From contig OZ004610.1 in NCBI GenBank assembly GCA_963924565.1, positions 4,650,001 to 4,714,000 on the forward strand: a stretch of DNA of 64,000 nt, written 5' to 3'. Shown piece by piece: positions 58,781 through 64,000 of the stretch. The notes under the pieces were generated by a model, which was given only the letters and a program-made list of their open reading frames with translations, did not search any database and had not been told where the DNA came from. This stretch comes from Ascidiella aspersa. Its lineage: Eukaryota. The position numbers and the translations under genes were made by a program. How positions within the stretch are numbered: the stretch's first letter is position 1; each line of letters opens with the position of its first letter.

Positions 58781-60699
58781 CATAACATTTAAAGCTCTAA
58801 ATAGGATGGGAGTTAATTTACGCCTTCTAACCTTGTGTGAAGTAAGAAGTTTATTTTCTGTCTATATTTACCGATATTGTATTTTATTGTGGCACTATAT
58901 CTTATAATTTGATTAAAACGTGTATTTGTCCCCTCCTAGCCTATTCGCTGTCTTAAATAGTATAAAAAATATTTGTTTTCTATTTATATTATTGTATGGC
59001 AATTAATAAATTGTTAATGCACTTTGTGCGATGTTCAAGATATATTGTTAAGATGCTTTTTTGATCATTTTTGTTGTTAATACATGAAATATGTTACATG
59101 ATCCTGGAAATTTGCTTAATGTATCCGGAAAAATAATTCTGTTGCTTCAAACTAAAGGAATGTTAAAACCTTGTCTTTTGCAAAATTCAAAGTCACTTCC
59201 AAGTCAATTGCTCTAGGTAACTTCAAGTCAAGGTATTGACGTAAAAACAACACGGAAGTCGCAATCTATACTTAAGACTGTAAGGTTGCATTCCTACAAC
59301 TAGTTTCTGTTACAGAATTGCGTGAGTGCACTCAAACACTGTTTTTAAATGACTTAACCCAACTTTGGACAAATGACTTTGCAATTTTAAATCTAAATAA
59401 GTAACTTGCTATATGTTGCAAATAATCAGATTTCTTTAAATGACTTGTATACAACTGGCAAAAGATTACCCTTATTGCTTTAATGTAAATAAAAAAAAAA
59501 TATAAATCAGGAAAAAAAAGAATTTTACCTGTAAACTTACAAAACCTGGTATGCTCTGAAAAACAATTTACCTATTAAAGTGTTTCAATAATTCAGTTAG
59601 GCCTTTAAACAGTGGGTAAAAACCCAGGAAGAATAGGACGTTTTTTAATCATTGTATTAACAATCTTGTACAAACAAAGGCAGAATTATGCTTTTATTAT
59701 TGGACAACAACAAATATACATGTATCGCAATTAAAAGAACAAAATAATGCAAAGTTTAATATGTCATGCAGCATTTTGAACAACATAAATCAGATAAGTG
59801 CACTCTGTTGTTTCAAACAAACTAAACACTAAGCCAATAAATATTTTGGCAGATATTTCTTTGGAATATATACAATTTAACAAAACAAAAAACATTTTAA
59901 AATCTCTCTGTCAGTAATCTTTAATTTTTTTCGGTAGTATTAACACTAGGCAAAATAGTAAATGTGGTAGGTAGAGGTATAACTTAGAATGGAAAAATAA
60001 TTTTTTAGTGAAAGAATAGAATGTAAGAAAAGCAAATCACATTTTACAAATGCTTTTTATCATAAATTCATGTTACATCCTGCATAGCATTGGTGTTGCT
60101 TATATAAAGCTCATCAGAAAACTGCAACACTTAATTTCTGACATGTCATGGAATATTTTGACTATGTTCACCCTACTATTTCCTTCTGCAGAATGTATTT
60201 TCCTTCTGCAGAGTATTGATATACATTAGTGCACACATTTTCCCAACCCAACAAAACAGCTTTTAGCCGAAACTTGTGATTTTAAACTTGCCCACTTATT
60301 TGTCACCCCATACTAGTGTTTTAAAAAAATATGTCACATGACAAAAGCATTCCGTAAATAACTTAAAATTGTTAAAATAAAATGGCTTAACCAGAATTTG
60401 TTATATGAAAATGTTGTAGCAGCACAAATAAACAATGCAACCAATTTCAAATGTAAGAGAGGATAGACAATTTATTACACTTCAATAATCTATAATTCTG
60501 TTTTTAGTTAGCTAGTAACTAAATTGCATATGTTTCATAAGTTGATAAAAGCATAATAGAGCAAATGGTCTACAAAATTAGTAAATATAATTGCAGCAAT
60601 ACATACAATTGTATAAAACCAAGATAAAAACATTCTACTGGTTTTCAAAGGTAAAATATCCAATAGGTGCATTAACTGTCCAAGGCAGCTATTAGTCAA

Positions 60700-61297
60700 T
60701 CAATCAGTATCATCTAAATTTTCAGAAACATATTTTTTTTGCTCTTGGCGAGAATTCCAATGCAGACATTCACTGAGAGAGTCGAACCAGTCGTCAAAAG
60801 GATTTACTTTACATACGCATGGGGTCGGATGAATTGACGTCCTTATCGTTACATAATCACCCTTATCAATCACAACACCAGCTCTCCCATCAAAACAAAC
60901 CGAAACCGGGCCTCTTGCGTTTTTCGATACCGTAAAGGCAAGAGTTACCCCCGCAGGAACAATAATGGGACGAAAAGACAACGAATGTGGACAAACGGGG
61001 GTTATCATAATGGAGGGGACATTAGGGTGAACCATAGAGGCCCCTGCAGCAACAGCATAAGCCGTACTTCCGGTTGGAGTGGATATAATGAGGCCGTCGC
61101 CTTGGACAGAGGTAATCCGACGGTTTTCTAGGTAAAGGTCGATGTTGCAGAGGTAATGATTGCTTCCACGATCCACCACCACTTCGTTAAGCACTAGGTA
61201 GGAGCATTCACTCTCCCGGTTGATGTCGGCGTTAGCGTTCAAGTCCAATCCTGATTCTCCATTCTCCTGAATTCCATTTAGGGCAGGAACCTTTGCT
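60700..61297 (-). CDS. NADK: NAD kinase coding exon 2
   Basis: Acceptor tttaactag; NE and TPTGSTAY motifs; stop at 60700-60702. Confidence 0.95.
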
Positions 61298-62334
61298 CTA
61301 GTTAAACAAAAACTTGTTGTAAAAAAACAGTCCTTTTAGGATTAGTAAGGCCACCCTGTTTTGATACAATTATTTTCTAAATTATAGTAGCCTTATTATA
61401 GTTTTTTGTTACAAACTATACCACATAAGTAAAATTAAAATGTCCAAATGCAACATGTACAATTAGTAAAACTGCACATATCACAGTAGTGTATAATATA
61501 TCTACAATTTATTTTTTATTTGTGAGAAAACTGTCATTCTTTCAACAAAAAACTTTGAAATAATTTCAAAAAAATGGAATAAAAACGCATTGACTATCCA
61601 ATACACGAATATAAAATGATCACTTGGTTATGTAAAAAGTAATAAAAACTTGCAGTGTCTACAAATAATAATGTTCATTGTTTTTGAAAATACCAAGCTT
61701 AAATTTACCTTTCCACATTGCAACGAAGGCGACTTCTTAACATCAGAATTGCATTTCCCTCTAAAACCTGAGATATCGTTTTTCGATAAGTTGCAAATGA
61801 ATGGGAAGTTAAAAACCCAAGTGATCCGGAGTGAAAGGCTATAATGGGGGGCATGCTCTCTTGAAATAAAGATGCAGCATACAACAAAGTACCATCTCCT
61901 CCAAGACATATAACCAAGTCGATATCATCTGTTTTAAACGATGACTTAAGTTGTTCATGGATTTTTCTAAACCCAGCATCCATGAATGCGGTATTTTCGT
62001 GAAGTTTTTTCTCGACAAACACCTTGAGTTGCTTCTGAATAACCAACCAAGTAACGAGTTGCTTAAAAGATGTATTCACGTCGCTATCATTTCTTTTGAT
62101 GACAAGAACATTTTCAGGTGGTCTTGACCATTTTAAACGCTGGTCATAAGGGTCGATTTCATATTGTCTGTAAAGTTCTTCTTTTTGGGTGGACGCCTTT
62201 GGACCAAACATACAGTCAGGCTGGGGGCCAATTAACGACTTGGCCCGTATGAAAGGATTTTTTTGTTTTTTTTGCATTTTGCTGCTTGATTTTACTGGCG
62301 TTTTGATCTTTACCAACTTTTTTTCGTTTTCCAT
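60700..62334 (-). CDS. NADK: NAD kinase (cytosolic type); complement(join(60700..61297,61709..62334)), 407 aa
   Basis: Signature motifs LGGDGTLL, GSLGFL, LNEVVVDRG, VQGDGLIISTPTGSTAY, TPVCPHSLSFRP, FDGR, LHWN; single GT-AG intron 61298-61708 in phase 2. Confidence 0.96.
61709..62334 (-). CDS. NADK: NAD kinase coding exon 1
   Basis: GGDGT motif; donor AAAG|GTAAAT. Confidence 0.95.
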
Positions 62335-63754
62335 TTTTACAGATTCACTGACATTTTAAACAACACATTTTCTGTAATTTTTAAATTTAAAATGATGACT
62401 TTAGAAACCTGTATAAACATATATGTAGAAGTTTTGAAAAACTTTAATTTGAAATACATTATCAGGAAATTGAATGATAATGGTTGGTAGCCTGAACAAA
62501 ATGTAATATGTAATTCCGGCTCAAAATCTGTAACAGTTAAGAATAAAATTTAACAGCAAATTGTCTCTTCATTTACTTGACACCTCCTGAATAATTTAGC
62601 ACAGTGGTGCAGTAACTTGATTAAAAGCAAGTTTACAATTGAATGAAAAGGGATTTTCTGCTCCAGTGTACACAGCATTTTGTGAATGTACTTCTACTAT
62701 TTTACTTGTATTTGTCCCACAGAGCTAAGGCACATATTTAATCTATTGTTTGCATATATTTGATTATTTTATGTTCGTTTACCACAATATAGTCTAAAAT
62801 ATATTTAATAGGCTAATAAACTATTGTAAAGTAACTTGTAGTATAAATGTAATCCTCAGCGTTGTTAATTTATTTTTGGTATTCAGCCAGATCCACTTAA
62901 ATATTTAAAGCTCAGAAAAAAGTCCAGTAATGCTGTTTGAGTCAAATGTGTAGATGGACCTTATGTTTACACCTAACAGCTATGGTACATTTTCAAAATA
63001 ATTTAGCATCATATTTGTTTGCAATACAGTTTTTCATTTAAATACAAACATATTCCCTTGATAAATTATAAAGTATCCTTACTAAGACTTATATAACTTC
63101 TGTGTTTAATTATCTGCCAACTAAGTATAACCCTACTGGCATATAGTCCATTGGTCTATGATGTAAACATAATGTAACCTTATACACATCCTTAACAATA
63201 GCCGGACTGTAAAACAACATGTTGCCTAAATACGGTTCATCTAGTTTTGGTATCCGGTCGAGTTATATGCATGAATAACACTCATTAAACGCTGCCTGCC
63301 CGTCATATTAACACCAAACTATGAATCGCATGCAATAAAATGTCACTAACACTGTTTTAATTGCGTCATGTCAAGGTACGCACCGCTTTCTAAACGGGGT
63401 TTAACCCAGTTTAAATTTTGCAAATGACGCATCATGCTTATACATCATTTCTGCTCTCGCGTTTGATTGATTGGAGCGGCTTCCGAAAATTCAGCTGTGC
63501 CAGCCAGGACATAGCGTTTAAGGAAACATGTAACTGCACGATTGAACAAACCACGATTTCGTATTTGTTTAGGTACTTTTTGAGGGGTTAGTTGTCATTG
63601 TCATAGGCGCGCGAATTCAGTAATGCATGCCTGCTGTATATTTTAAGGTGCTTTAAGCGCCAAAGTAGTTTCCTAAAGCTGTCTAACAATCTTCAAATAT
63701 ATAAAATAGTCTATACGATTTCATAGAAGATCAAACCCTAAGAAAACTACATAC

Positions 63755-63950
63755 CTGCATTAATAGAAGTTATGAAATGGCATTTTGAAATGCAAATAAC
63801 TATTTTAAAAGCAATAAGTTTGTTAGACATATAAGCTAAACTCAAAAAACTAAAACTTATGTCAAACTGGGAAACAAGTAAAAAACGGTGAGTTTTAGAA
63901 ATAGCGGCACTGCTCCTTCTGCCGTCTTCATGTGAATCGACCCAAAACAT
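63755..63950 (-). other. Probable non-coding 5' exon of NADK (5' end uncertain)
   Basis: Donor GCAG|GTATGT at 63754 and acceptor ttatacag at 62409-62411 upstream of the ATG; CpG density recovers around 63.2-64 kb. Confidence 0.45.
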
Positions 63951-64000
63951 CGATAAATGCTAGCACCAGTATTTACCCTTTCAAGTTAGCGTTGTTTGCG

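Noticed and set aside
40540-62411. SL trans-splicing, suggested by acceptors just before the ATGs of the sigma-1-like, Abraxas and NADK genes
   Set aside because: Plausible upstream cis donors exist (40007, 51734, 63754), so non-coding first exons suffice; cannot be settled without cDNA
1-64000. Prokaryotic features (operons, CRISPR arrays, defence systems)
   Set aside because: Genes are spliced and eukaryotic; no regularly spaced identical repeats with unique spacers

Overview
Eukaryotic, AT-rich, intron-containing animal DNA. An invertebrate chordate such as an ascidian is my best guess from gene architecture and CpG mosaicism; this is inference, not proven. Five spliced protein-coding genes could be assembled by hand with canonical GT-AG boundaries and consistent phases. 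(1) A Pim-family Ser/Thr kinase (+, 6024-33131, 7 exons, 321 aa) with a 19.6-kb fourth intron rich in CpG patches and CRE/bZIP-Sox motifs. (2) A divergent sigma-1 receptor/ERG2-family gene (+, 40562-44725, 6 exons, 265 aa) that the ORF track largely misses; the ligand-anchoring residues equivalent to human E172, D126 and Y103 are all hydrophobic and the C-terminus is extended. (3) CFAP300/C11orf70 (-, 49537-46154, 7 exons, 258 aa). (4) An Abraxas/FAM175-family MPN- scaffold (+, 52157-57319, 6 exons, 413 aa). (5) An intron-poor NAD kinase (-, 62334-60700, 2 coding exons, 407 aa). Several MITE families are present, two with clear 8-bp TSDs, along with tRNA-derived fragments. Most other ORFs in the track are chance ORFs. 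All homology calls are from recognition of remembered family motifs, not database searches, and all motif counts are by eye.
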